From the NCBI GenBank assembly GCA_016198685.1, contig JACQID010000006.1, forward strand, positions 211,111 to 275,110: 64,000 nucleotides of DNA, read 5' to 3'. A program made the position numbers and the translations under genes. This DNA comes from Candidatus Aenigmatarchaeota archaeon. Lineage in GTDB: Archaea > Aenigmatarchaeota > Aenigmatarchaeia > GW2011-AR5. The notes beneath the pieces were generated by a model, which was given only the letters and a program-made list of their open reading frames with translations, was not told where the DNA came from and did not search any database. Shown one piece after another: positions 9,811 through 18,784 of this stretch; within the stretch, counting starts at the first letter, position 1; the number at the start of each line of letters is the position of its first letter.

Positions 9811-11619
9811 TCAGTGATGCCCGCCGCCCCCGGGTGCAGGAGCCGCCGGTTTTGGCGGAGGAGCGGGAGTCGCCCCGCCTTTGCCGATGCCTATCTTGTT
9901 CTTGAGGAAATTGACTATCGGAGCATATCTTTCTTTTGCCATGCCTCGAAGGTGAATCTTGCCTATCCTTTCATCGAAATCCTTTTCATAAGGCCTGTTC
10001 TTCATGAATTGGAACGCAAACCCTATCTTTGCCAGCGTCTCGCTTATCTTTGCCATGCCCTCATGGAAACCGCCGCCTTCATGATCTTCTTTTTTATCGT
10101 CATGGTCATGCTCATCATGCCCTGAGTCATGGGAATCTCCACTGCTCTTCTGATTCTTTTTTTCTTTTGTCTCTTTCTCTGTTTTTTTGTTATGTTCAAT
10201 ATCGTGGATCCTATCATGCAATGATTTCTTGAGTCCAAGCAGCTCGTCCACATACCAGTCTAGCTCCTGCTTCATGGCCTCGTATTCAAGAAGCTTCACA
10301 AGCAGCACATTCTGGCTCATGAAGACGCCATAAATAAAAAAATCCGCATCCTCTATTTCATCGCCCGATGCAAGACGCATGTTCATCTTGTTGATGTCCA
10401 ATACAAAGAACGAATAATAGAGTTTTCTTGTGGTGATAGATGAAGTTTCGGTAAGTATATGTTTTACTTTTTCATCGACCCAGTCTTTAGTTATCCACTT
10501 GTATTTCACGACAAGCCCGTGATCTTTATGGAATATAAGATTATCCTGCGTCCACTTGTCATAAGGAGTAAAAGTCCCGTCTGCTTGCTCAACCGCCTGC
10601 TCTTCCGAGCCGGCCATACGGGCAAATTCAGTAGCAGTATAAAATCGCCATGCCCATGCCCTTATGTTGTTCACAGCAAGGGCTTGGGACGGATTGAAAA
10701 GAAAATTTTCGTGCATATGGTGGCTCCCCATCCCCTTGCCCTCAAGGCCTTCTGCCAGGAGCTTGTGCCTCAGTATATTCGGGCCAAGCCATTCTCTGTA
10801 CATATGGACCGTATATTCTCTGCTTCTCACGAGTTCCGTTATTTTCTGATATCGCGATTTGAGCTCTGGTTCAAACAGTTTTTTCCATTCCTGATATAGA
10901 CGGTTCTTTGAAGAAAGCACGACTGCTTCAGCTTTAGAGACGTTCAGTTTCTCGGTTATTATGTTGACATCTGTTTCACTGCCCATGCGCATGAAATCGG
11001 TTATGAGTGTCGGCCATCTGCTTACTATATTGCGCATGGCTATGCTGTCTCCGGTATGTGCGTCTACCTGATCTATAAATACCGCCCTAAGCGCGTGTTC
11101 ATCCTTTTTTTCTGCAAATGAGGACCATCGCTTATCTTCGGGCGCGTCTGGATCGTATTTCACGCCAAAATAATCAAGGAATTCCCTGTATTTTCTTTCA
11201 TCGTGCTTCAGAAGCTCAAGATCTGCTATAGATTGCGATATGGATTGCAACCCTGCCTTTATTCTGCCCTCGATTTCCTCTTTCTGGGCAATTGTTATAT
11301 GATAGTACTGGGAGTATGTAGGCGTCACTTCTATTGTCTCGGAAATTTTCTTGACGCCGTTATATTCCCATTTCCTCAACTGCAAAAGAAGGCTCATCCA
11401 TATGCCGGATGTCATTCCAGGAGGAGTTGTGGGGTTTATCTTTGTGAACATCTCAAATGGCATGGAGCATACTGCATGGCCAAGATATTTGCCATGAGGG
11501 CCAAAATATTCGGAATCAAACCCTTTGTCGTTTACCCTGGCATTTGGAACCCCTGTTATAGGATTTCTTGTCGTAAACATTTTATCGTCAAGAATGAAAT
11601 CCTTAGGTTTTTCAGGCAT
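9811..11619 (-). CDS. 602-aa hypothetical protein, helical/coiled-coil, with His/Asp-rich linker and Pro/Gly tail
   Basis: Long ORF, co-oriented with 24-33 bp gaps; no recognisable motif. Confidence 0.8.
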   Translation of the reverse strand: MPEKPKDFILDDKMFTTRNPITGVPNARVNDKGFDSEYFGPHGKYLGHAVCSMPFEMFTKINPTTPPGMTSGIWMSLLLQLRKWEYNGVKKISETIEVTPTYSQYYHITIAQKEEIEGRIKAGLQSISQSIADLELLKHDERKYREFLDYFGVKYDPDAPEDKRWSSFAEKKDEHALRAVFIDQVDAHTGDSIAMRNIVSRWPTLITDFMRMGSETDVNIITEKLNVSKAEAVVLSSKNRLYQEWKKLFEPELKSRYQKITELVRSREYTVHMYREWLGPNILRHKLLAEGLEGKGMGSHHMHENFLFNPSQALAVNNIRAWAWRFYTATEFARMAGSEEQAVEQADGTFTPYDKWTQDNLIFHKDHGLVVKYKWITKDWVDEKVKHILTETSSITTRKLYYSFFVLDINKMNMRLASGDEIEDADFFIYGVFMSQNVLLVKLLEYEAMKQELDWYVDELLGLKKSLHDRIHDIEHNKKTEKETKEKKNQKSSGDSHDSGHDEHDHDDKKEDHEGGGFHEGMAKISETLAKIGFAFQFMKNRPYEKDFDERIGKIHLRGMAKERYAPIVNFLKNKIGIGKGGATPAPPPKPAAPAPGGGGHH

Positions 11620-11652
11620 TATTATACTTATCTTGGTCGTGCTATAAATGGT

Positions 11653-11997
11653 TTATGTAAGAAGCAGCCAGATACCGAGTATGCTAAGCACGATGCCTAT
11701 GAATATTCCGGCCTTGCTCATGCCTTCTTTCTGATAATCAAGTATATCCGGGAAACCTATTACAAGAAACACTCCGATGCCTGCAAGGAAAAGCGCAAAG
11801 AGCTTTTTCAGAACAAAGCCTAGCGTAAGTTTAGAGACATATATCCAGCCGCCGCCAAATATCGACAAGACACCTACTATCAGGACTATCATAAGGTGCG
11901 TATCTTTAAGGACGCTGCCTCGCTGTTCTATGGAGAAATATATGGAAAGGATGCCAAAAGCTATGAGAACAGCTCCTATGACGTATTCTACGACCAT
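11653..11997 (-). CDS. Four-TM membrane protein
   Basis: Four hydrophobic segments from MVVEYV; start placed at 11997. Confidence 0.75.
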   Translation of the reverse strand: MVVEYVIGAVLIAFGILSIYFSIEQRGSVLKDTHLMIVLIVGVLSIFGGGWIYVSKLTLGFVLKKLFALFLAGIGVFLVIGFPDILDYQKEGMSKAGIFIGIVLSILGIWLLLT

Positions 11998-12070
11998 GTC
12001 ATGACCTCTAACGCATAAATAGCGCCATAATTTTATATACCGCGTACTATAATAATAGATAGGTTTTAGC

Positions 12071-12592
12071 ATGGTTTGGGCAAGGACAAGGTTGCTGATT
12101 TGGGACTACATATTCGAGCCAGTAAAGAGAATAAAAGTAAATTACGTCGGCCCCCATCCGGACAAATTCTACAAGGAGGTCAATAAGCTCATAAGGACAG
12201 TTTTCAACGTCCCTGACGCCTATGTGCAGGAGAAAGAATATACGTGGGAAAAGGGCGAAGAAGCCGAGAAATTCGACATAGACTGGGAAGTCAACAAGAT
12301 GCTGGATACTTTCAGCTACATAACGGTTGAAATATCCCTGAGAGGCTTTGTCTCCCATGACCACGGCAAGGCATCAATAGTGCTAAGACCGAGACTAATA
12401 ACAGAATACCCTCAAGACACGGTCTGGCAGAACAGCATAGTATACGAAATGCTCAGGCGCGTATGGCACAAGTTTTTCTATCACCAGAGAAGAATGGAAT
12501 ACCTTGCGATGGGCAAGGAAATGGTAGTGACTTTTGAGAACAGCGTCAAGGCCTATGGAGAGCAGCTTAGGGAGAGCAAGGTGGAAGAGTGA
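12071..12592 (+). CDS. Hypothetical protein (paralogue A of tandem pair)
   Basis: 173 aa; 4-bp overlap with next gene; alignable with it. Confidence 0.8.
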   Translation: MVWARTRLLIWDYIFEPVKRIKVNYVGPHPDKFYKEVNKLIRTVFNVPDAYVQEKEYTWEKGEEAEKFDIDWEVNKMLDTFSYITVEISLRGFVSHDHGKASIVLRPRLITEYPQDTVWQNSIVYEMLRRVWHKFFYHQRRMEYLAMGKEMVVTFENSVKAYGEQLRESKVEE

Positions 12593-13077
12593 GCCCAACG
12601 GTACAGGTTGAGGATGATATACTTCAGCCATCCGATTCCATGAAGATAGATTTCAAGGGAAAGCATCCTTTTGCCGCATGCGAGAAATTTCCGGAATATT
12701 TGAGGGATATAATGAAGGTATCCCGGAAAGATATAGTTGAAACTGACCTGCGATGGGATATCACTTCCGATCCGCGCACGTTTTACGGCTGGTGGGCAGG
12801 GTCGAGGAAAGAGGACAGGTGGACAAGGACTACCATAAGAATAATTGCACAAGGGGAGCAGGGCACGAATTTCAAGGGCTCCATAAAAATCATAATCAAA
12901 GGCACCATAACGACAACCTATGAATACAGCAACTTCATACAGAAGAGCTTCTGGTGGTTTTTCAATCACATGTTCTACTATAACAATAGAAGAAGATACT
13001 TTGAATTTGCTAAGGATAACATAATGGAGATACGCGAAGCTTTACTAAAGCAATTCGAAATATACCGGGAGGCATGA
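12589..13077 (+). CDS. Hypothetical protein (paralogue B of tandem pair)
   Basis: 162 aa; shared pattern e.g. HKFFYHQRRMEY vs NHMFYYNNRRRY. Confidence 0.8.
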   Translation: MSPTVQVEDDILQPSDSMKIDFKGKHPFAACEKFPEYLRDIMKVSRKDIVETDLRWDITSDPRTFYGWWAGSRKEDRWTRTTIRIIAQGEQGTNFKGSIKIIIKGTITTTYEYSNFIQKSFWWFFNHMFYYNNRRRYFEFAKDNIMEIREALLKQFEIYREA

Positions 13078-13490
13078 CTATGGGAATAGGCGACATAATA
13101 GGAGGCGTAAAAGACAAAATCCTTGGAAGGAATAACAATGAGGATCTTGATGACATAAAATCTTATGTTACCGGTGCCAATGACCAATATGGGCAAAGCT
13201 TCCGTGAAAACGTGATGGGTGCGGCTGAACAGGCAAATGATACCCCGCCCAAGCCTTGGGAGCGGGAAAATATTGCTACCGACCCTTTCGGTTCAGAGCA
13301 GCCTTTACCTGACAGGCGGGACCTTACGATGCAAAGCGGCCGCCCAAGCCGTACTGAAGCAAACTATGATATCATGGAGAAATTGACCATGATCGAATCC
13401 CAGCTTGCCGCGATCCGAAGCCAGACTGAAACAATCAATGAACGCCTGAAGAATCTTGAGTTCAGGATGGGGACAGGAAGAAGGTTCTGA
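13074..13490 (+). CDS. Hypothetical protein with disordered N-terminus and C-terminal coiled coil
   Basis: Heptads in IMEKLTMIESQLAAIRSQTETINERLKNLE; 4-bp overlap. Confidence 0.75.
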   Translation: MTMGIGDIIGGVKDKILGRNNNEDLDDIKSYVTGANDQYGQSFRENVMGAAEQANDTPPKPWERENIATDPFGSEQPLPDRRDLTMQSGRPSRTEANYDIMEKLTMIESQLAAIRSQTETINERLKNLEFRMGTGRRF

Positions 13491-13514
13491 TTTTTATAGA
13501 ATGAGAAAATACGG

Positions 13515-15203
13515 CTACAAATAATATTTCCCCTGTTCTTTCTGCTCGCGGTCCTTGACTGAATCGGGCTTGTTCGCGCGTGGGCGCTTGGTTTGCGGGT
13601 CTTTTCTGAAAGTGACGTTGAGACTCTTCAAAAATTCATTAAGTCCTTCATTGAGAGTCATGACTCTGGCGTGACCGCGAATCCCAGGCTCGCCAGTGAA
13701 TAGCATTGCTTTGTCAGACACATAGTTAATGAGCATGAGATCGTGGTCTATTATGAGGACAGTTCCGAAGCTCTTGAGTATCTTGGCGAGCGCCATGCGC
13801 TGGTCTACGTCAAGATAGGCCGAGGGCTCATCAAGAAGATAAAGGTCGGCATCCTTCATCAGGCAGAGGGCTATTGCGACGCGCTGCAATTCTCCTCCGG
13901 ATAGATTCTTCACGGATTTTTCCATGAGCCTTTCGATGCCCAGCTGGCGCATTATTATCTTGTCCTGCCTATCGGCAGTTCCGAGAAGCTCGGCAACTGT
14001 CCCGGCAAAATCGCTGTCAAGATACTGCGGCTTGTACGATATCTTCACGTCCTGGCGTTCAGCCAGCATCTTTGCAAACGTCGTTTTGCCAAGGCCGTTG
14101 GCGCCCAGAACGCCAACCACTTCGTTCTGGTATATAATGCCAGGGTCGACCGTGAGGGAAAACTGATCATAATTTTTCTGCATTTCATCGAAGGCTACTG
14201 CAGCGGTCTTCGATGGCTTCTTTTCGTTAGTTGCTTCGAACTGAAGCGGGTCTCGGAACTTTACGTTTTCTTCAGGGATATATCCGTCAAGGAAATTGTT
14301 TATTCCTTTCCTCACGGAATAAGGCTGAGAGACTATGCCGTATACGCCCGGCGAACCGTAGAATATATGTATCCTATCTGCCATGATATCAAGGGTTGCG
14401 AGGTCATGCTCAACTACCATCACAAGCTTTTTTTCTGCAAGCTTCTTTATCGTCATGGCGACGTTCACTCTCTGCCTCACGTCAAGGTAGGAAGATGGCT
14501 CGTCAAAATAATAGATATCGGCATCTTTGGCGAGTGCGGCGGCGATTGCGACCCGCTGCAATTCGCCCCCTGAAACCTCGGAAAGCTTGCGGTCCAAGAC
14601 TGCGGAAAGCTCGAGTTGTTTTATGATTTCATCAGGGCAATTTTTCAGAGCCTCCTTGACAGTCCCTTTGATCACATCAGGCAATAGATTAACTTGCTGG
14701 GGCTTGTAAACGGACTTCACGTCCTCTTTCAAAAGCCGCTCGAAATAGTTCTGCAGTTCCGTGCCTCTATGCGTCTTCATTAGGCTTTCATATACATCTT
14801 TTTTGCTTCTTCCTTCAGATACCATGCCAAGATTAGGAGCGAGCTGTCCGGATAATATGCGAAGGGCGCTGGTTTTGCCTGTACCGTTAGGGCCAAGAAG
14901 GCCGACAACGCCCTGGAAAGGCACTGGAAGTCCGAAGACGCGAAAGCCGTTTACCCCGTACTGCATTATCGGGCTTTCTTTCTTCTCTTCAGGAAGGTTA
15001 ACTATATACCACGCATTGAAAGGGCACTTCTTGTGGCACAAGCCGCACCCTATGCACAAGGATTCATTTATCTGAGGATGGAATTTGTCCGGCCCGATAT
15101 AAATGCATTCTTCTCCTTCCCTGTTGACAGGGCATGCGGCTATGCATTCGTAACTGCATTTCTTCGGGTTGCAAAGTTCGTTATCAAGGACTGCTATTCT
15201 CAT
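13515..15203 (-). CDS. rli: ABCE1/Rli1 ribosome recycling ATPase
   Basis: N-terminal Fe-S Cys pattern, two NBDs (GPNGTGKT, GANGLGKT), two LSGGELQR signatures. Confidence 0.97.
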   Translation of the reverse strand: MRIAVLDNELCNPKKCSYECIAACPVNREGEECIYIGPDKFHPQINESLCIGCGLCHKKCPFNAWYIVNLPEEKKESPIMQYGVNGFRVFGLPVPFQGVVGLLGPNGTGKTSALRILSGQLAPNLGMVSEGRSKKDVYESLMKTHRGTELQNYFERLLKEDVKSVYKPQQVNLLPDVIKGTVKEALKNCPDEIIKQLELSAVLDRKLSEVSGGELQRVAIAAALAKDADIYYFDEPSSYLDVRQRVNVAMTIKKLAEKKLVMVVEHDLATLDIMADRIHIFYGSPGVYGIVSQPYSVRKGINNFLDGYIPEENVKFRDPLQFEATNEKKPSKTAAVAFDEMQKNYDQFSLTVDPGIIYQNEVVGVLGANGLGKTTFAKMLAERQDVKISYKPQYLDSDFAGTVAELLGTADRQDKIIMRQLGIERLMEKSVKNLSGGELQRVAIALCLMKDADLYLLDEPSAYLDVDQRMALAKILKSFGTVLIIDHDLMLINYVSDKAMLFTGEPGIRGHARVMTLNEGLNEFLKSLNVTFRKDPQTKRPRANKPDSVKDREQKEQGKYYL

Positions 15204-15232
15204 ACTAAACACTTGAATTTCAGAAATAAAAG

Positions 15233-15694
15233 CTACTCGTAGACGATGTCAAGGTCTTTTCCGTATATTCTGGAGAGTGAATCCAAGCTGCCGCGGCTTA
15301 CACGTCTTGCGTATCGTCTTGACACGCGCAGCCTTAATTTCTCTTTTCCGTCATAAAGGACATTGACGCCTATTACAGGAACCATCAGCATGTCTTCAGC
15401 CATCTTTTTCCTGTCGTCAGTCTCTTCGAGTATCTTCACTTTTCTCCTGAGGGCGTCCTCTATCTTTTTTACGCCCCTGCCGCCTTTCCCTATTATTTTG
15501 TTGACAGCACCCTTTTTTGCGGTTATGACGACCCGGTCGCCATCTGTGACGCTCTCATAATCGGCTTCTGAATCGACCGAGTGAAGGGCTCTGGCCACAT
15601 CTACCTCAAGCTGAGTAGTCTTGCCTTCGTGGAGGTTTTTCAGGCAGCTTTGGCACAGAACGCCACTACCTCTGCAGAACCGGCAAATTTTCAT
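15233..15694 (-). CDS. NusA-like KH-domain RNA-binding protein with N-terminal Cys cluster
   Basis: CRFC...CQSC; KH motif KIIGKGGRGVK. Confidence 0.8.
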   Translation of the reverse strand: MKICRFCRGSGVLCQSCLKNLHEGKTTQLEVDVARALHSVDSEADYESVTDGDRVVITAKKGAVNKIIGKGGRGVKKIEDALRRKVKILEETDDRKKMAEDMLMVPVIGVNVLYDGKEKLRLRVSRRYARRVSRGSLDSLSRIYGKDLDIVYE

Positions 15695-15777
15695 GAAATC
15701 ACTATTAGGCTGATAGACTAACTTTCTAAGATAACTTTTTAACTCTTGTTGGGGATAGCTCAATCAGCGGCGGCTGC

Positions 15778-16809
15778 ATGACGGTCTCCAAGAAGATGAT
15801 AAATATGGTAACAAAAAAACAATTAGACAGGGCGCATGACCTTGATTTCCGCAAGACATTGGATGTCAAGGATTTTGTTCCAGTCAAAGGTCATGATTTT
15901 TCCAAAAAGATGAACTTGAAGGAGTTTATAGATTCCTTCAAGACGCTCGGCTTTCAAGCGACCAACCTTGGCATAGGAGTGGATATTGTAAGAAAAATGC
16001 GCAAAGAGAAAGTCAAGATAATACTTACTTTTACCTCCAATCTCACGACATCTGGCATAAGGGATGTAATAACATTTCTGGCTAAAAACAGGCATGTTGA
16101 TGTGCTTTGTACGACAGGCGGGGGAATAGAGGAAGATATACTCAAGTGTTATGATCCATTTGTTCTAGGTCACTTTGACAAGGACGCAAAAGAGCTTTAT
16201 GGTAAAGGCATGAACAGGACAGGGAACATTTACGTTCCGGATTCAATATATGCAAAATTTGAAAAATTCACATTGGCGCTTCTTGAGAAATTTTACAAGA
16301 GGCAAATAGCAGAAAACAAGATATTGACAGGCATAGAGCTTGTCAAGGAAATGGGCAAGGAAATAAACAACGAGTCGTCTTTCCTTTATTGGGCGTACAA
16401 AAACAACATTCCGGTCTTTTCGCCGTCAATACTTGACGGCGCCATTGGTGATATTGTATGGTTCTTCAAGCATCAAAATCCTGATTTCAAGTTCGATTCT
16501 TCTGAAGACATATATCAGATGAATGACATGCCGCTTGACGCCAAAGACACAGGCGTCATCGCCCTTGGAGCCGGAGCTTCCAGACATTATGTCCTTAACG
16601 CCCATATTTTCAGGGGTGGCACAAAATATGCTGTGTTTATTTCCAGCGGCACGGAATGGGATGGTTCCACATCCAGCGCCAAGCCTGATGAGGCTTACAC
16701 ATGGGGAAAAATCAGGTTGTTCGAGCCTTTCTACAAGAACTCTGTTGAAGTCGCTGGGGACGCGACGATACTGTTTCCGCTGATAGTCGCTGGGGCATTT
16801 CTTGATTAA
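15778..16809 (+). CDS. dys: Deoxyhypusine synthase
   Basis: GFQATNLG, TTGGGIEED, DGAIGD, EAYTWGKI (catalytic Lys), DATILFP. Confidence 0.95.
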   Translation: MTVSKKMINMVTKKQLDRAHDLDFRKTLDVKDFVPVKGHDFSKKMNLKEFIDSFKTLGFQATNLGIGVDIVRKMRKEKVKIILTFTSNLTTSGIRDVITFLAKNRHVDVLCTTGGGIEEDILKCYDPFVLGHFDKDAKELYGKGMNRTGNIYVPDSIYAKFEKFTLALLEKFYKRQIAENKILTGIELVKEMGKEINNESSFLYWAYKNNIPVFSPSILDGAIGDIVWFFKHQNPDFKFDSSEDIYQMNDMPLDAKDTGVIALGAGASRHYVLNAHIFRGGTKYAVFISSGTEWDGSTSSAKPDEAYTWGKIRLFEPFYKNSVEVAGDATILFPLIVAGAFLD

Positions 16810-16838
16810 TCTCGCGTATTGCGGTAATCTTAATTTAA

Positions 16839-16921
16839 ACATCGAATTCCGCCGTATTAACACGGCGGATGAAACAACGGGAATTCGATGTGCAAATCCA
16901 CCGCTTTCAAGCGGTGGATTT
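16839..16921. repeat. Nested/twin inverted-repeat element
   Basis: ACATCGAATTCC (16839-50)/GGAATTCGATGT (16880-91); inner TCCGCCGT-6-ACGGCGGA; then AAATCCACCGCT-TTCA-AGCGGTGGATTT (16894-16921). Confidence 0.85.
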
Positions 16922-16947
16922 TTAAAGCTTGGTATAAAAAATACACG

Positions 16948-17379
16948 ATGGCAGAAAACAGCGAGATTTCTTTTGCAGATTGGGTTGCTAAAAACGGACT
17001 AAAATACGGTGAACCTGTAGCCATACTCCACAACGGCCATTATACCGCTAATACAAAAAGAAAGCCTGTGAGTCTTTTTCCGGGAGATGCAATCGTGGGA
17101 AATCTCCAGACGTTTAACTGGACACGCTATGATAATCATGCGCCTGAAAACGGTGCTGTTTTGGGCCTCAGATACCCAATAAAAGTATCTACTGAGGATA
17201 AAAGCGCAAGAAGATATGCCCCTGTCAACGGTCGCATTCCTTTCCATGAATACATAACAGAGGGCAATAACGGCAATGGTGTTGCATTTGTCGTAGGAAG
17301 AGAGGCAGTTGCCAAAGCAATAGGGATTAAGCCCGAGCAATTGAAATCTCTCATGGCCGACCCCTACAAAGCGCTATAA
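16948..17379 (+). CDS. Hypothetical protein
   Basis: ORF from MAENSEIS with own TATA-like box; followed by an oligo-T tract. Confidence 0.7.
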   Translation: MAENSEISFADWVAKNGLKYGEPVAILHNGHYTANTKRKPVSLFPGDAIVGNLQTFNWTRYDNHAPENGAVLGLRYPIKVSTEDKSARRYAPVNGRIPFHEYITEGNNGNGVAFVVGREAVAKAIGIKPEQLKSLMADPYKAL

Positions 17380-17383
17380 AACC

Positions 17384-17404
17384 GATTTTTCTTTTCTTGT
17401 TTTT
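17384..17404 (+). terminator. Oligo-T archaeal terminator-like tract between convergent genes
   Basis: GATTTTTCTTTTCTTGTTTTT right after the stop at 17379. Confidence 0.45.
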
Positions 17405-17406
17405 GC

Positions 17407-17982
17407 TTACCTAATCCCTATCGATTGGAGCGTTTCCACGACGCGAGTCATGTCTTTCTTGGCGAAGATGAATATGGTGTCTGTGTAGCAGCTGTACGTT
17501 TCTTGTATGTTGATTCCGCGCTCGGCTAAGGCCGAACAGACGTATGCCATGAAGCCCGTATTGTTCTCTATTTCCGCCGGGCTGATTATTCTGACCTCCA
17601 GCATGTTCTCGTTCTTGCGCATGCATGGTATATCCATCGGCTCTTCGGTTATCACGGTTGTTGCGTTGCTGCCTTTTATCACGTGAAGATAATCCGTTTT
17701 CCTCTCCATGTTGCTGGATTTCAGTATGTAAACATTCACGCCCGTTTTTATCTCAAGGCGGCTATTTTTCAGCAGGCTTATGATGTTTTTGCCGTCGGAA
17801 GTTGCCTCGTCGCCAAAACGCCTTGCAGCCACTATGACGGCGTCAAAATTCTTCACGTTCAGCTCTTGCTGCGCCGCACGGGCGAGTGAAGAGAAGTTGA
17901 CAAAGCCCCTCTTCAGGGCCCAGACCAGATACGGTCTTTCCCTTATCCATGCATGAACGCGCTTCGCTATAGGCTTTTCCAT
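17407..17982 (-). CDS. N-terminal HTH-like + C-terminal ACT domain protein (putative amino-acid-sensing regulator)
   Basis: VNFSSLARAAQQEL helix pair; ACT-like GFMAYVCSALAERGINIQETYSCYTDTIFIF. Confidence 0.75.
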   Translation of the reverse strand: MEKPIAKRVHAWIRERPYLVWALKRGFVNFSSLARAAQQELNVKNFDAVIVAARRFGDEATSDGKNIISLLKNSRLEIKTGVNVYILKSSNMERKTDYLHVIKGSNATTVITEEPMDIPCMRKNENMLEVRIISPAEIENNTGFMAYVCSALAERGINIQETYSCYTDTIFIFAKKDMTRVVETLQSIGIR

Positions 17983-18011
17983 GTTTATCTTATGTCAAAA
18001 AACTATTTAAA

Positions 18012-18029
18012 ATGTCCTATTTTGGACAT
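18012..18029. promoter_or_regulatory. Palindromic operator candidate in divergent promoter
   Basis: ATGTCC-TATTTT-GGACAT flanked by TATA-like TATTTAAA and TTTATA. Confidence 0.45.
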
Positions 18030-18070
18030 GAATTATTTATATTGTCCGGGGGATAGAAATGCTTCGGTGA

Positions 18071-18784
18071 ATGAAATGGAAAGGGATCATCAAAGAAGAC
18101 TCGAAGATTATCGGCATAAGTATAGAGTATGGTCACACGTATCTTGGAGACCCGCCAATACAAGAAGCAGGAATAGCGATTGCGAAAGACATTGAAGACA
18201 TTGCCACAAACACTGGTGTTGCCGTTTCAAGGCTCGTGCTCATAGACGACTATAACCGTTCTGGGGGAGGCAAGGAAGAATACGCTAGTTTTTATTCCAA
18301 GCATCTTGAATTCTTCGGAATGAAACCGACACATATAGTATGGGAGGGAGATTGCGTCGGGCCTGCAAAAACACTTCTCGATTCTTTGCGTGAAGTTCCT
18401 CCTGGGGCAAATCTTTTGGGTAAATATTTTAAAGGTGAGAATATGTATGTTTCGGATCCGAGCGGAAAAAGAATAAAGGTAAGACATGGCATGCATTATC
18501 AATGCCCGGTTCTTGCTGCAGTTTCAGAGTTGTCACAATTGGGGGTTGTGGACGTTCCTTATCATGCGACTGGGGAGCTGCGCCATTATAAAGGGAAGGC
18601 CGCTGTTGTTGTATTGCCTATGCAATATCGTCCCGTGGAAGAAAATGCCAATAGGCTAATTTCTCTGTTATATGGAGATGAACATGCGATACACAGGTTT
18701 TTCTTTGATGGCCGACCTTCAAAGGACTACGTTGCGTCATGGCTTGTCCAAAATGAGGTGATAAATGATGCAAGGATACCTTGA
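18071..18784 (+). CDS. Orphan HUP/class-I aaRS-like Rossmann protein (SCO2522-like by recalled motif pattern)
   Basis: ISIEYGHTY, LVLIDDY, CPVLAAVSELSQLG, LPMQYRPVE; 20-bp overlap with next gene. Confidence 0.55.
   Translation: MKWKGIIKEDSKIIGISIEYGHTYLGDPPIQEAGIAIAKDIEDIATNTGVAVSRLVLIDDYNRSGGGKEEYASFYSKHLEFFGMKPTHIVWEGDCVGPAKTLLDSLREVPPGANLLGKYFKGENMYVSDPSGKRIKVRHGMHYQCPVLAAVSELSQLGVVDVPYHATGELRHYKGKAAVVVLPMQYRPVEENANRLISLLYGDEHAIHRFFFDGRPSKDYVASWLVQNEVINDARIP

Noticed and set aside
15750-15800. GGGGATAGCTCAATC resembling a tRNA 5' half (split tRNA)
   Set aside because: No D-stem complement (GAGC), anticodon arm or flanking complementary leader; it runs into the dys start
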